A stretch of 62,587 nucleotides of DNA, filler included, from Choristocarpus tenellus KU-1152 (Eukaryota > Protista > Phaeophyceae): assembly GCA_964200185.2 (NCBI GenBank). It is 9 parts of 9 records of this genome, joined end to end, with 100 filler letters (N's around TTAATTAATTAA, not from the genome) between each part and the next. Parts side by side here need not be neighbours in the genome. Positions count along the whole stretch, not along the records: positions 1 to 23,031 come from CAXNAD020000269.1; positions 23,132 to 33,159 come from CAXNAD020003198.1; 7 more parts are not named here. One strand, written 5' to 3'. The notes under the pieces were generated by a model that did not search any database, had not been told where the DNA came from, and saw only the letters and a list, made by a program, of their open reading frames with translations. Shown here in pieces: positions 13,101 through 27,493 of the stretch. Position 1 is the first letter of the stretch. Each line of letters opens with the position of its first letter. The translations under genes and the position numbers were made by a program.

Positions 13101-16100
13101 AGATGGAGGGAAAGCGTGCTATAAAGTCTCCTAGACAGTTGAGCCCTGTTCACCTCACACCTGATGCTTCGTACCCCAAAACCTCACACCTGGCCCTTGT
13201 CAAAGCATCCCTGCCCCTTACCTCCCTGTTTCTGTCAGCATTTGATCCCATTGAAGGGTTGCTACCTGCACACTTACCATCTGGTGATTGTTACACCTCA
13301 TACAGGCTAGGACGGGCAAGACTTCTCAAAAAGTGCTTAGATATTGAGTAGTTGGAGAGATGAAACAAACTACTATACACTACTATACACTATACGCAAA
13401 GTGCACCGATAGTTCCCCCTAGCGCTGTGGAATCTGTTGTTGCTTGAAAAAATATGTGCAGTTTGCAAGTTATGGTCGATTGGTAACTTGATGGACCAGG
13501 TGGAACTAAAGTATGCATCAAGTTTGAGTAGTGTAGAAAGGCTTCTCTTTTCTCGATATGACATGGATTTTGTAATTTTGTCAAGTTGGGCAATGTAATC
13601 GCAGTGTAATCGTGTCGAGATGGTGTCGAGATGGTGTGCACCTCAAGTTGCAACTCCAAGTGTCCTCCGAGTGTTGAGCTGGAGTGTCCTGAGTTGTGAA
13701 GTATTGCGCCCCCACTTGGTGACAAAAATCAAGATTTTGTTCTAGTGCTTGGAAAAATGTACTAGGACTATTTGTTTGAATACACTGAATCCGTCATGGT
13801 TACATCACCCCCCAAAGCACCTCTCTGCCAATCGTGGGGTCTCTTTTTGTATCCTGATATGCTTCCCCACCTACCCCATCTCACCCCTTGTTCCTGATGA
13901 GGGGCAGCAGGGGGTGTGTGTAATTGGGTAACTGTGTAACTGTCTAGGGATAAGAGTGTGAAGTTTTGAATTTCAAAGTGGATATTTTTGTCATGCCCGC
14001 TTGCACGTGAAGCATTGGTGCAATAGTTAGTGTGTCGTAGGAAGGTATACAAGTGCACAAAAGCACAAGCTGACAGAAAGAGGTATTGGCTGTATTTGCA
14101 TCGATTGGGTAAGAATCATAAGAAAACGGTCAATGGTTCACCCCTGGTGCCAGCGCTTGACAATTTCCTTTGTCCCGACTGTTTGTGACCTCTCTCTACT
14201 ACAATTTATTGCCATGAAGCGACTTCTCATTCCATCTGCCGCGGGAGGACTGATCATTGGACGAGGGGGAGCCAACATCAAGGCCCTAAGTGAGGCTTCT
14301 CAAGCTAAGGTCAACCTCAGTCAGAAACAGGGGGCTGTCAGCAACGAGCGCATTGTTACAATGCAGGGTGGGCTGGCAGCTGTGATCAATGTAAGATACC
14401 TTGATGCTATCTTGTCCCTGGGGTCTTGTCATCCCTTGGTCGGTGTTTAATTGGTGTTCAGATATGTTTGGTTTGCATGGAGATATGGCAACATGTCCTA
14501 TCTTCCGTTGGGAATACTCACCTGGCACGGCATTGAAGTGATGGTTGATGGTTGTTGATGGTTATTGATGGGGGGGTGCAAGCGTGCTGACACCCTTGTG
14601 GAGTGACATAGTTGTTGTGTGTTGTAAGGTGACATAATTGAGTCCTTGGAGCAAGTTATCTTCTCCTTAACTGGGAAAAATAGGTTAGAGATTTTTTTAT
14701 CTCTGGGGTCCTCTTTTTGTCATGTTTTCTTTTCCACCAAAGTGAACCTCTAATTCCTCTTGTACTATTTATATGCTCACCTCCACACCACCATAAATTG
14801 CCGTCCCTGCCTTTCCCCATTCGGGTACTGGTCTGTACTCTGTATTCAACTGCCCCTTGTTGTGTTTGTTGTTGTGACAAACACCCCTGTAATCCGGCTG
14901 TTGTGTTTGTTGCAGGCAGCAGAGATGGTTGTGGACAAGCTCCGTGAAGACCCTCACATTGCCAGGTACAGCAACAACAGCGTCAACTACAAACATGCAC
15001 ATGGTGTCTCAAGTGGGGGTTCTGGAACCATGCACGGGCATCACCACCATTCACAGACATCACAGCAGCACCCTGGGCAACAGCACTCTGGACAGCAGCA
15101 CGCTCCACCTCACGGCCAGATGCAGTCCATGCATGGCTTGGGCTTTCCGCATCCCCCACCTGGTCCCATGCCTCCCTTCCATGGACTGGGGTGAGAAAGA
15201 AGAGTCATTTAGTCATTTTTGATGCCCCCTGCCCACCCCCCCGACTTGTGGTATCTCCACCTGTGTTGGTCAGTGAAAATGATTTTCTTTTTGTTGTGGC
15301 AGGAGGTCTGTGCTGATGTATGCTGATGTACAGTCCTTGGGTTGGGAAGAGTACATTGTGTGGAACTGTCTGCATCAGGCGTTTGTTGCTTCTTCTTGAA
15401 ACTGTTTTGTTCTTGCGATGGCATTTTTCAGCCACAGCACTATGTTACTTGCATATTAATTCATCTATTGGTGTTCATTAGGAAATTTCCAAAAAAATTG
15501 TGGTGTGGTACTCTAGAGCACTCAGTAGTGGTAGGGCATGCCTCAGTCTCCCTCACAATTCCCTAACCTTACTTTGATGGCCACTTCCTGCACCCCAACA
15601 TGAGATCAGTGGAGAACTTTTTTCCATGGAGCCTCCTACAAATCCTGTGGCTGCTGCAGTGGCGGCATGCCAGCCAACAACCACCATTGCAGTGGGTATC
15701 CCTGATAATCTGATTGGGGCCATCCTGGGAAAGGTGAGGAGTATGGAAAGCCCAATGCCAGACCTCTGTTGATGCCCTCATTACCCCACATTGGTATGTG
15801 GATGACCCTGATTGTGTGAATGTAAAGATTGTATGTACAATATACATTATGTGTTGTATGGAATGAAAAGATTGCCTCCTAGCTAGCTTGGGTGCACAAG
15901 TATTTCCTGTACGTGTCCCCTCTTCTTCCACTCTCATGTATCCATCCCCCCCTGATTTGATTTGTACGGACCTACCCGTGACAAATGGTACCCCTCTTTG
16001 CTCTGCCCTGCTCTCCTGGTTTTGGTTTTGGGGGGGGGGGGGGGACTGTACAGGGAGGGTCAACAATAATGGAGCTTCAAAATCAGAGTGGGGCACGCAT

Positions 16101-16799
16101 AACAGTGAGTCAGAGGGGAGATTACATGCCAGGCACTGACAACCGCACTGTCACCATCAAGGGAGCTCCACTGGCAGCTCAGGTGATCAAGTTTAGGGTT
16201 GGATGTGGCACTGCCTTATTGACGATACCATCACAATCTAAATCTGCTTGTGTAGTACTGTTCCTTGGTTATATTGGCAAATCTTTTTTTCAAAGGAGAA
16301 ATACTCCGATGAGGATGTGACTTTCAAAGTTGAGTGTAGGCTTGTCCTTGATGTTACAGTCAACGCCATACCCATTGCGGTTACCCTAACATGAAAATTT
16401 GTGTGTGTATTGATAGCAGAATCTTTTGGTGTGTCAGACTTTTGTGGATAACCACCTTCAAGAAAAGCTACTATTGGGGTCGTAAAACATTAACTTCCCC
16501 TGATGGAGGCACGGAGAATCACAAGTCTTGAATACACTCACACAACCGACAACATCATCAACCTGCCAAACCTCAGATACCCTTAGATGACACGCAAATT
16601 TCTTACTTATCTCTCTGTCCCTTTCCCTTCTCACTTCACCCTACACCCTACACCCACTATCCCTCATGTGATCTCACCTGTGTACCTTACTGTTGCTTAA
16701 ATGGCACTACAGACAGCACAGTTCCTCATCACGCAGAAAATACAGGCTACCACAACATCAAACGAAAGGCATGGGGGTGGCAGAGGAGAGGTCTCCTGA
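10132..16799 (+). CDS. Triple KH-domain RNA-binding protein (Nova/PCBP/BTR1-like); 9 exons
   Basis: Exons 10132-10303, 10624-10715, 11196-11303, 12476-12586, 14220-14390, 14916-15190, 15610-15733, 16054-16182 and 16713-16799. Three GxxG loops (GSLIGKGGATI, GLIIGRGGANI, GAILGKGGSTI), FPGTQDRVV and MPGTDNRTV motifs, and a His/Gln-rich linker between KH2 and KH3. Intron 3 is GC-AG. Confidence 0.9.
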
Positions 16800-18878
16800 T
16801 GACAAGGGTGACACACACACACACCTGTGTTATGCTGTGCACTTGGCCACATCCATCCTCCATCTGTGATCAATCCTCAGCAGATTCATCAGTCCCAACA
16901 CTTCCTGTACACTGCCCATCAGGAGATAATGGTCCAATGAGAATTCTTGGTCCCCTCCTTAACACATCTCTTGTTGCAACCCATTGGCTATTTTCTCCTG
17001 CCCCCAAGTGTGAGGTAGCTCTTCCTCCCTCTATCTTGTTTGTTGATCCCTTTGGCCTGCCCATGGCTCTTGTCAATGTATGCAACTCTCACATTTAGAA
17101 TTTTCTTGTTGAAGTGATCCTTGAACATCAATCTCAGTATCAAGGATCCCTTGGTGAGAGAGGGCCTCTTGTTTACCCAAGGGTGAGGTGAATGATACGG
17201 GAGTAAGGAATACATATTAAGAGTATTGGCCATGGTTGTTTGGGGGGGGGGGCAGGGTCAGGTTGGGGAGGTTAGAGGAGTTGCACGCCCCCCCGCCCTC
17301 CTTCCCAAACTTCCTTGCAGTCAGGTCAATGTATGCCCCCAAGATACGAAGGTCGTATAATCATATATCAGGAGAATTAGTAGAAAATGTAAGAATTCAT
17401 GCTGGAGACTTGTTGCTTGATACCTCCACCACATCCACACCCTACTATACCCTGTGCACTGTGGTATTGCCTGTACCTTCATTTGTGTCCATAGTTAGAG
17501 CCTATGGTCTTCTCCCAACATGGCAATGGTGTGGAGTGGAGTGCACAGAGGTGGAAAGGAGGGAAGACATATGTGCCAAGGCCTTTGCTGTGTCATGGGT
17601 GATTGATTTTGTCATCACACCCGATTTGATAACATACTTTTTAGAGGTTATGGCTGGAGTTCCAGGTTTTTTAGTTGTATTGGTTGGGGATTTTTTTTTT
17701 TCTGGAGGGGCTTGTGTTGACTATTTTTTCTGGTCCCATCCATACTGGTAGTTATTTGACACTATATTTTGGTGCCACTCACTGGACTACATATGTGTAC
17801 CTCCCCCATGCCAATAAAACACTCAAGTGGACCTTTCTGTTTGCTTAATACTCTTGCTTGTGCATGTGGTAGGTCGAGAATACTTTCTTAGGGCTAAGAC
17901 TTGTTACTCCTTTGTACCTCAGGAGTTTCTGTGAAATGGCATTCAGAAGGCTACACCAGTAATATACAACGTATTTGGAAGGGCAGTAACAAACTCCTGA
18001 GGTAGAAGTTCCATGTCAACCAGGTGCACATTATGCTTCTTGCTTGTTTTAAGTCCTGTTTTTATGTTTGAGATATGACACTCATTTTGCAGTATGTGGA
18101 GAGGTTGGCATCATGATTTGATCTCCAAGTAGTAGTATTCAATGGTAGTGTTGCTCTTGCACTGTATCTTCAACAAGGTCATTGTACAGCAATGACCTTT
18201 CTGGCTTAGCTTTAATTTGGGGTGTATCTCCATTGCCAATGACACAGAGAGGACTGACTGCCTATCACCATATGGTGTCCTTTTTATGTATACTCACAGA
18301 TGTTTGTTCTGAAGGTGAGTTAATGGTATGTACTCCTCCTTGCTTACATTACACTCACTGTGTTTTGTTCTATATTGTCATGCACAGTTGTAGTAGTAGC
18401 AGTACTTGGCTGAAATCATGCCTAATGTGTACTAATAGAGCAGTTGTGGAAGGTACGGTTCAATGTGGGGAGTATGGTGAGGATAATTACCCCCAAAGGT
18501 AGTACTATTACAATACGAGTGAAGGTATGTGGTCCAGTAACCTGTTTTGTGAGCGTTGTGCCTTGTGTTCCTTCTCAGAGCTTGCAGAGGAAGGTGACCC
18601 ACTCCTGAACAAAGAACGAGGCTGACCCTAGATCAAAGGATTGCCTCAGCATCCCTCCCAACACTCAAAAATTCCCGACCATACTGCGGTAGAAGTGCAA
18701 AGGCTTAGGTCTTAGTCTAGAACACTTTGCATACACTCAAGGAAAGGTGTAGAAGGTACCACCAGCCACAAACCCCTACATAAAAGCTACCCAACTACAC
18801 TTAATAGATGCAGTGCATGGTGTGAGGGAGGAGATCGAACACTTGAAGGACCAAGCAGTACCAAGCATCATCTGTCCC

Positions 18879-21800
18879 TCAGCTGAAAGTCTTGCGCCTG
18901 TGCCTTGCAAGGTCTTGTTCCCTGGCCTGGGTCTCTGCCTCAAGGGTCTGGAGGTGGGCTGCGAGGTTCTTCACCTGAGGTGATGGAAAGGTAAAGGACA
19001 ATTGGGATGATATTGACAAGTGTCCTTAAGTCAGGCTCAGACAGTCAATATGTATGTTCAACAAAGCCCTTCCTAGAGAGGGTCAAAGATAAAGAATTCC
19101 AAGGCAGGTCTTTTCTGATAGGATCAGAATGTGTTCATTTCATTTTATTTCTCCCTGCTTTCAAAACAAAACACACTACAATACAACACAACACCAGCAA
19201 TTTGTGTAAAATTGAAAACCTCCAATTTCTGCCATGAGAGTACAATCAATATCGTTCCCCCTCTTGAATAATGCATCTTGCCCTTGAACTAGATTGTGAT
19301 TTATTGGAATTAGTAGAACAAAGAATACACCCACCACCATTCTATTGGTGACAGAGCAGGAAAGAGAATTTCCTTGAAAAATCCAATAACCGTTGACAAA
19401 AAAAACAAAAATACACATGAGTGAAAAGGTTAAGAGTACATCCTATTTGAATTTGTACAACAGGCATACATGACCAGGGAAGTGTGGTGATCACAACAAT
19501 TTTTTTCAACAGAGAGACAGTATGAAGTTAGAATGAGGTACATCATGATACCCTCAAGTCCTCAGTACTACTTTGTTTGAATTCAACAATTTCTGGTGAA
19601 AAGAAGCAAGTTGTTGGCCAAAACTATAACAAAAAATGAAGGAATTTTGCAACTTGATGCTCTCATCTAAAAAGTGAAGATTTGGTGCAGGACAATAGGT
19701 GAGGCACGTTTGTAGTAGACCAAGCAATAGCCATTATAGCTTGCTGCACTAATTTTCGTGGTGGTGTGAGTTAATGGCAACAGAACAAGTCACCAGGCCC
19801 CGCAGCTTTTGTGTATTGATTTGATTCTCATGGATTGATTCCCCTTTTGTGTATTGATTTGATACAACTGAACCTTATTCGTTCTTCCTACAGTAGAGCA
19901 CTATCAAAAGCTTTCTGCAAAGTTCACGATTTGCTCACACCCTTTTACCTGTGCTACATGCTGCACCTTTTCTCAACTGCCCTCCGAAACACCCAACAAA
20001 TAAATCGATATTTCTCATTCCGATCTCAACGGACCAGCTACATCACCTGGTCAGTCTTCTTTGTCAGGATAGAGTTGACCTTTTGGTCCACCTTCCATCG
20101 TGTGGATCACAAGGAAGGGAAGTAAAGTAACGGGGGGGTCCAAGTCACACGTTGAGAAAAATTAATGGGGAACAGGGGAGGATGGTGGGGCGAGTGGGGT
20201 TCTTTGCAAGGAAAGTGCAACCTTTTGTGTACCTATGGAGGTAAGATGCATGGGTGGTTGAGCGTTGGGAAGATGAGGATGTAGCATACACATGCCATGG
20301 GTTAAATGTAAATGTAAGTGTCAGTGTCAATGTCAGGACTTGGGAGAGGAGAGATGGGTGCTACTGTGATAAACTTTCCTCCTGCGAATGATTGCAAGAT
20401 AGATGAGAGCGTGCCACCCTGGGCTGAGTTGCTCCTCAAATAATCCATTGTGTATTCTGGGAAACGTCCCAGCGGTTAAAATGGTCAGAAAACGGTTTGG
20501 ATCCTCACAGCTTCTTCGCTATGGTGGTACTATGTGGGGTAACATGGCAACAGAAGGTTTGGTTGGATGTATCTGTTGGATGTATCTGTAGATACTCTTC
20601 TCCCCTGCACAAGTTGTCCTTGGGCATGTCTTTGGGTGTTTTCAACCAAGCACGACAAATGTTGCTCCTGACAAAATCTTTGACATACAGCATTGCCGCT
20701 GTTTCAGCTCACATTCTTGATTTGATTTCTGGAAACTTTATTGTACAAAAGAAGGGGTCTACTACACAAGGGTCGATTAGGGTTAGGGTTAGAAGGATCA
20801 ATTGAAACAAAAATAAATGAATTCAAGAAGGGTTAGGGCTTCCGGCACAGTTTCCCTTCGGTGTGTCAGTGGGAGCAAGTAACACAAAGCAATAAAGTGT
20901 GACCTACACAGATATCATTTGAATAAAGCAATGCTTATGTTGCCCCCCAGAGGATCGTCTTGGATCCAAGATTGCAAGGGAAAGGCCATGTGCATATGGA
21001 TGGATCCTCTTGACTGCTCTTCTAGGACAGTACCCGTAGGGAGTATCTTTGGGTGTACCCAACATATTGCTGTGACAACTGCTGCTGCTATGAACACCAT
21101 TGCCTACATTTTTTTAAGTTGATATTATCGTTTTGGATCTTAGGAAAGGTGCCACGGGCTGGCAGTCTTACCTCATATAGGTGTAGAGTTAGGGTCACAT
21201 CACCATATAGGTTGCATCTGTAAGAATTAGTTTTGGGATGAACACAATCACACAATACTCTCAGAGTGGGACAGAGTACAATCGGGTGACACAAGAGTGG
21301 ACTGTTAGGGAATCCATTTCTTGCTTAGTTTACATGCCAACACAAATCATTTGCCAGACTCCCTTGGAGTGCAACTTGGGCGAGGATGTGATGTTGGGGG
21401 TATACCTCAAGACTGATTTACGCTACTATGGGGGAGTGCTGCAGTGATCCAGATGGTGTGCACGCCTCAACCCATCAACACAACAGTGCTGCCCAAAGCC
21501 CACCAAACCAAAGTCGGGAGGCTGGGACAAATGAAAAACAACAAATATGATGATGATCAAGGCTATCCCCTACCATCATAGGGTTGCCATATCATCATTC
21601 CTATGTTACTCCAGAGTTCTAGGAGGATACATATGCTACGAGAGCCACCTGGATTGGCAAGGGGATTATATTCTGCCATGCACCTGGTTCCTTGAAAGGG
21701 ACGTAGTGGCTAGGGATACAACGGTAATAATCCATATCCCACACCTTGTCAATCTCTGCATCCAATGAGGTTTTGAGTTTCACCGCTTCCTCCTCTGCAT

Positions 21801-21948
21801 CCTCAGCTGCTCCACGTTCTCTGGCCTCATACTCCTCGCATTGCTTGGATAGCTTGGTCACCTCTGCCCTGCCTGCGGCCCTCTCTGCCGCCAGCTCTTC
21901 CGTAAGTCTCTCCAGGGACGTAGTCGAACGTCTTTTTTCATTAAGAAC
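18879..21948 (-). CDS. 3' exons of a coiled-coil protein whose C-terminus resembles CEP131/AZI1 (partial)
   Basis: Phase-0 exons 21948-21745, 20091-20047 and 18974-18879 give ...LDAEIDKVDQKVNSILTKKTDQVKNLAAHLQTLEAETQAREQDLARHRRKTFS*. A possible further exon lies at 23728-23625 beyond a gap. The family call is from remembered pattern only. Confidence 0.55.
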
Positions 21949-23001
21949 CTTGGTGGTGAATGGACGGGTGGATGAAGGGTGAATGATTCCAGGTAGATGA
22001 AGAGGTAGGTGGGAGATAAAAAACCGCTGATGGAATAAGTTGAGGCACCCTTTGATACAATACTGAGGGCTACTATGAGCAACGCTTTCGAGAGGAATGT
22101 ATCATATTGATCCTGTTCTTGTAGACACCAAAGGATACAAAAGACATCATGTGGTGGACCGCAGTACTGTCCCCGCAGACAGTTTCTGTTTCCAAGCAAA
22201 TTTGTGGCCGTTTCTCCAACTCCCTTGCTTGTAATGTTGTGTCCCCACAAATAACCATACACCACTATACAGTAGTGTACCAAAACATCTGCCCCCGCCC
22301 CTGCCCCCCCCTTTCACCCACTCGAAATGGTACCCAACAATTTAGTTTTTCAGAAACTACAATAATGTGTTCTCAACAACTTTGCATGGATGGGAGAGGA
22401 TTGCTAGGAGCCGATATCTGATCCTTTTTTCTATGTAGAGAGTGAACAGAGTGTTTACGTTTTGGGTCTCGTATTTGTAGATTTGAAGCATTCAACTACC
22501 CACAACAAAACAGAGGGATTGTCTCCCTAGGTAGGCCTATAAATGGATTCAATAGACCAACTCAGAAGCGGTTCCATCATGATGAAAACAATCAAACTCC
22601 AAGCAATCCCTGTCAAAACTTGCAGCTGACTTGCACTTGTGTTGAAAAAAAATTACATTAAGGTACTCAAGGGCACTCACTCAATCTATGTGACCAAGCC
22701 GTATCAATTTATGAGCTTGCTTCAAATGGGATCGTCTGGCTCTGAAAAAATAGACTACTGAAGACAGCAACCTCCAATGAAGATCTTTTTGGTACAGAAT
22801 TTGGATATTTGGCAATCGAAGTATATGTCACTTTTGGTTATCCATGTAATCGCCTCCCTGGTGCTAAGCAGTTTGGCGATGTAGATAGGTAACACTGCAT
22901 CATAATTGAACCAACTGCTCCTAGAAACTCATATCAGATGCAGCAAAGGTTCTTATTAATCACATTTTGACCCAATACAATCGGTTGCTTGCACCATTCC
23001 A

Positions 23002-23207
23002 GGGTCAAAGTATCTGGGGGGGGCGGAGGGGNNNNNNNNNNNNNNNNNNNNNNNNNNNNNNNNNNNNNNNNNNNNTTAATTAATTAANNNNNNNNNNNNN
23101 NNNNNNNNNNNNNNNNNNNNNNNNNNNNNNNGCAAAAAAAATAGTTGCTTGACCGAAACGGACGCCCCATCACAAACCACCCCCCCCCCCCCAAGATACT
23201 TTGACCC
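23002..23207. mobile_element. MITE family B ends (GGGTCAAAGTATCTGGGG... TIR) flanking an assembly gap
   Basis: Left TIR at 23002 and right TIR ...CCAAGATACTTTGACCC ending at 23207. The two ends are separated by an N-gap and may belong to different copies. Confidence 0.75.
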
Positions 23208-24401
23208 CCACCAAAGAGAACTGTTATACTATGTGATGTTTTTTTTGTGTCTGTTGCTGCACTGTGCTCTAGGGTATCTTTCGATTACACTGTACTACAA
23301 CCTCCTCTGTTATGATGTTGTATATATGTGTGTGCGCTGTAGTGCTGGGCGGGGTCATCATACCACAATCAATATTTCAACCTTCTATATTCTATGTTTC
23401 GCTCAAAGATCCGCAGTATTATATACTCTGGAGCAACGCTATTTTTGTGTGTATTTTGTTGCGGGGAGTTAGTCATACACCTTGCCTTGCGAGTGATTGC
23501 CAGCAACTGGTCGATTTTCTTCCTTAATTCCACCTACCTTGAAAGGGGTAGATATTCATTATTTGAATACGGATATTGTTTTCTAGGTTGAATTTGTGAT
23601 TCTCCTTGCCTACCAGCTTCTTACCCGGTGCTCAAGCTCTCTCAGCACGCAGTAGTTCTTACCAATTTTGTGCAATTCCCCTTCCAAGGCGCACGAAACT
23701 TGATCCACTGTGATCTGACTGAAAGTATCTAGGGACGCTCAGAACGAAAAGGCAGAGGGGGGGGAAGGCTGCCAAAGTGAATGGAAGATCTCATCTTCTG
23801 GGCATGCCTTCAACCTGATGTATACCCGGAATTCCCCTTGTGTCCTAAGGTGGCTCGGCCCCATCATCAACTACTACACACGCTTGTCTAGAGCAATTCT
23901 TTGTGGACAGATTTCGTAATTTTTTCCCAAGTAACACACAGAACGCAGCACGGGATCTGTACCAAATCTGGTCATTATTAACTTCTTTATTAGCATATAA
24001 AATCCCAATCTTCTACCTTTTTCATTGAGTCATGCCAAGATTGATATTGCTCGGAGTACATAGTATTATACACATACGTGTCTACTACGTATATCACATC
24101 ATGCTAATAGTGGGACCATTTGGCCTATAATATCCCCTATCCCATTGCTCTTGCACTTCTCACACTACCATAGTACCAGTTGCACATAGTAGAGGGAAGG
24201 ATGATTGTGGGTTGACACTAATGAGTGTCATCCACAAATATTTGCCTTCATATTAAGAGAGCAAATTATATTGATCGAGAATGGCTGTTTGATATTGAGG
24301 AGCGACTAGGGATTTGACAGGAAAAATTTCCCTCCTTGCAGTTTTGACTAGATAAGCTATACCACATATGGGAAAATAAAACGTCCCAAACAGCTAATTT
24401 G

Positions 24402-24445
24402 GGGTCAAAGTATCTGGGGGGGGGTGCCGGCGTCCGTTTTGACCC
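24402..24445 (+). mobile_element. Truncated MITE family B end
   Basis: GGGTCAAAGTATCTGGGGGGGG...GCGTCCGTTTTGACCC, the same terminus and subterminal motif as the other copies. Confidence 0.7.
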
Positions 24446-25614
24446 TACTGTCTTGGATGAAGTAACCAGCACATCTTGCTCGACGACATTTGGTTATACG
24501 TCATAGTAGCCATAGAAGAATCCCAAGAAACAATAATTGCTATATCTATTAAGTGTATTTAATAGGTACTATTTGTACTGGGTTTGTTGCACACTGTTGT
24601 TCTGGGTAATCGTTATTGTTCCTGTCAATGTACATTTTTTCTTGTCGTTGTGATGTGTGGAAGTTAGGAGACAAAAGAAATCGACGGTGGCGCGTGTCTT
24701 CTTTTATTTTGTGGAGTGATTATCTAGTTGAACCAGTAATGTGTGTGCACACTTACTTGCTGGCTACGTCTGATGTCATTGAATGATCACGTGTGTGTGA
24801 TCTGTTCAAGACCTAGTAGTTTGTACTGCAAGTGTCTTGAATGAAGGCATAGCCCAGCAGTCAACATGATGTGTAGTAAGAGCACCATTGGCTATATGTA
24901 TCAAATATCTTTCATGAGGGGTTATATACTCGCCCTCCCCATTTTCGCCCTTCCAAGAGTCTGTCAGCGGTACTTGAAAATATTTCACCCTCTTTATTTT
25001 TCTCAGAGGTCTACATAATGGACAATCGGATTTCCACTGAAGACAATGAAAGCTTGAGAGTTGATGGACGTCCAACAAAGGTAATAAAGCATGAGTAATA
25101 AATACAACAGTAGACTATTCTACAAAAGTGGGATATTTTTTATGTTCAATACTACTATTAATACGAGATTAGTATTGATAGTAGAAGTAGTCCTGTAGTA
25201 GCAATTATTAATAGTATTACTATGTATGTATAATACTACTAGGACCAACGTTGTGGAATATATCTGTCCTCTTGCTTCGTTTTCAATATGTCTGTTGTGT
25301 GTGTCGGTACACTATATATTTTACACACAGACAGGTTGTTTGGTTGCTGTATGAATGAATGCATGGAATATGTGTGCAACAGCAAGACAACAGGAGGAAA
25401 GAGTTCGTTTCGCCCTTATTCCCGATATGATCGGAGATTTAGGGATGACCTGTATTTAATGGGAAAATATATTATTTTGCACAGTGATATATTACAGATA
25501 TTGTCAAGTACTCCTAGTAGAAGACGAAAAGTCGAACAAGACTCAACAGATCTAGTAATTATCAGGCCTTTTTAATAGGTCGATAAATTAGGAGGACCAT
25601 TCCCATAACCGTTT

Positions 25615-25810
25615 AACATGTCGTGGCCCATGTCCACTAGGTGTTGAATTGGTCCATGTCCGCAGGTCGGACTGGGTCTAGCATTCTCTAACATGTCCGG
25701 ACCATGTCCACTGGGTATTGGTACCAGTCCGTATTCGTCGGACTGGCCAGTCTAACTTTTTTCTGCCATGTCTGGACCATACATATCTACTATGTGTTGT
25801 ACTAGTCCAC
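25615..25810. repeat. Degenerate tandem repeat, about 3 units of about 75 bp
   Basis: Recurring CATGTC(C/T)GGACCATGTCCACT...GTCGGACTGG units. Confidence 0.6.
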
Positions 25811-27493
25811 GATGAAAAATAATGTGTACATATCAAAGGTTAAGTTACCGTACATATCCATGTAGATATAATACTCCAAAGTAGTACTCTTTCAAATCTT
25901 CTTTTGACATTCTTGGGTTGAAATCATGACGAACATTTTAGTATGTGCAATGAGAATGTGGATGTATGTATATGAACGGAATTTTTATTAAATTTACATA
26001 TTTACAATGTAAATATACCCATTTGACCCTTGACGAACGAGTGTTAAGGCACATAAAATAAATACAGTATCAAAATACATCTTGAAGTGGCAAATCACCT
26101 CAACCACCCAAACACCAAACACCCAAAAAAAATTTATTATATTTTTAATTTAAAATAGTGCCATAGAAAACTACATCACTAGTATAGGATACAATACAAG
26201 TAGAGTGAAAGGAAAATTGGGAGGCACGGCCATGACTTGGGCGTCAAGAAAATATTTTCGTGACGGAAAAAGATCAAATATGTTCCAATATTGCTGAGTC
26301 CATGTCCGTCACTACTCAGTATGATCTGGTCCACTGGTCGACCATGTACAACCAAGTTTGGACATGACCAAGGTCTTCAACATGATTGAATAATGGGCCA
26401 GGCCCCAGCATACCATATGCCAACTGCCTAGGTAGGTAAAGTCCTAGTAATAATCATATCCCCATAAGAACATGCCTCTACATATATGTTAGGGTTAGAG
26501 TTATTGTTGGGATAACAGTAATTTTTGTATGTCGTTGATCATACTAAAATATATGGATGTGTGGTTATTAGTAGATCCGTTGGGTCCTGTTTCAACCAAT
26601 TGTGTAGGAAAAATAAGAATAGGAAGAAAAGAAGAGTATAAAACAAAACAGGAGAACAATAATAGAGTGTGGAGAATATATATTATGTGAAAAGGAAAAG
26701 AAACATACCAAGACAAGAAGTGTATTGTCACAATAAATACATACAACCTGTCTGGATATTACCAGTTGAGCAGTAACTGACACAATCTGAGCAGATGTGT
26801 GTTCACTTCTCCCTTCCTACTACAAAACTCTCCATTCCCCGACCACCTTCATCGCATGAGTTGCTAACCCATCCAGAAATCGTTCCGCTTGCTATGTATC
26901 AAGACGCCTGAAGGTTACCATGAAGGTGTTAAGACTAAAACCGCTAGCGTCAAAATACCCCTCGTAGTGGTTACGCTTTCGGGTCTCAGTTGCAGCAGCA
27001 GCGATGCCATCATTGGATGCTGATTGTGGGAGGTGATAGTTCGCTTGAACCTCACAACGAAGGCCACATCCAGGAGGATCTCTTTTCTCTGTAAGGGACG
27101 GTGTTTGCATTGGAGATAACCTTTACACGGAAGACCATGACTACTACTCAAAGTAGAATAATCATACAATATCAGTACTGCTGTTGTACAGTTGTAGTGG
27201 TAACAGTAGTGATGCAAAGAGAGTTATTGATGACGGTTGATGAATTCGGTCTCTGTTTTCCACACAGTGGTTTCGCTGAAACCGTCCAGAATTGCGACGA
27301 AATGTGTTTCACTGAAATCGAAAAATGTGTTACTCTAAATGAGACTATAGTCGTTGACACGCAATTAAGCAAGAAAGACTTTTGCACTTCATTGGAAGGT
27401 CAGGTCATGTTTTCCGAGGTACTTCGCCGACGAAGAAGACAGAATCATGTTGAGTTTGCTGATGGGCGACAACGACGATGTGTTGAGAAAGGT

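Noticed and set aside
17236-17751. 171-aa ORF downstream of the KH gene
   Set aside because: TTG start, no motif and low complexity; likely 3' UTR or intergenic.
27101-27493. 131-aa upstream extension of the EGF ORF in the ORF track
   Set aside because: It starts at a GTG and precedes a signal-peptide-like start at ATG 27494, so it is probably 5' UTR or promoter.
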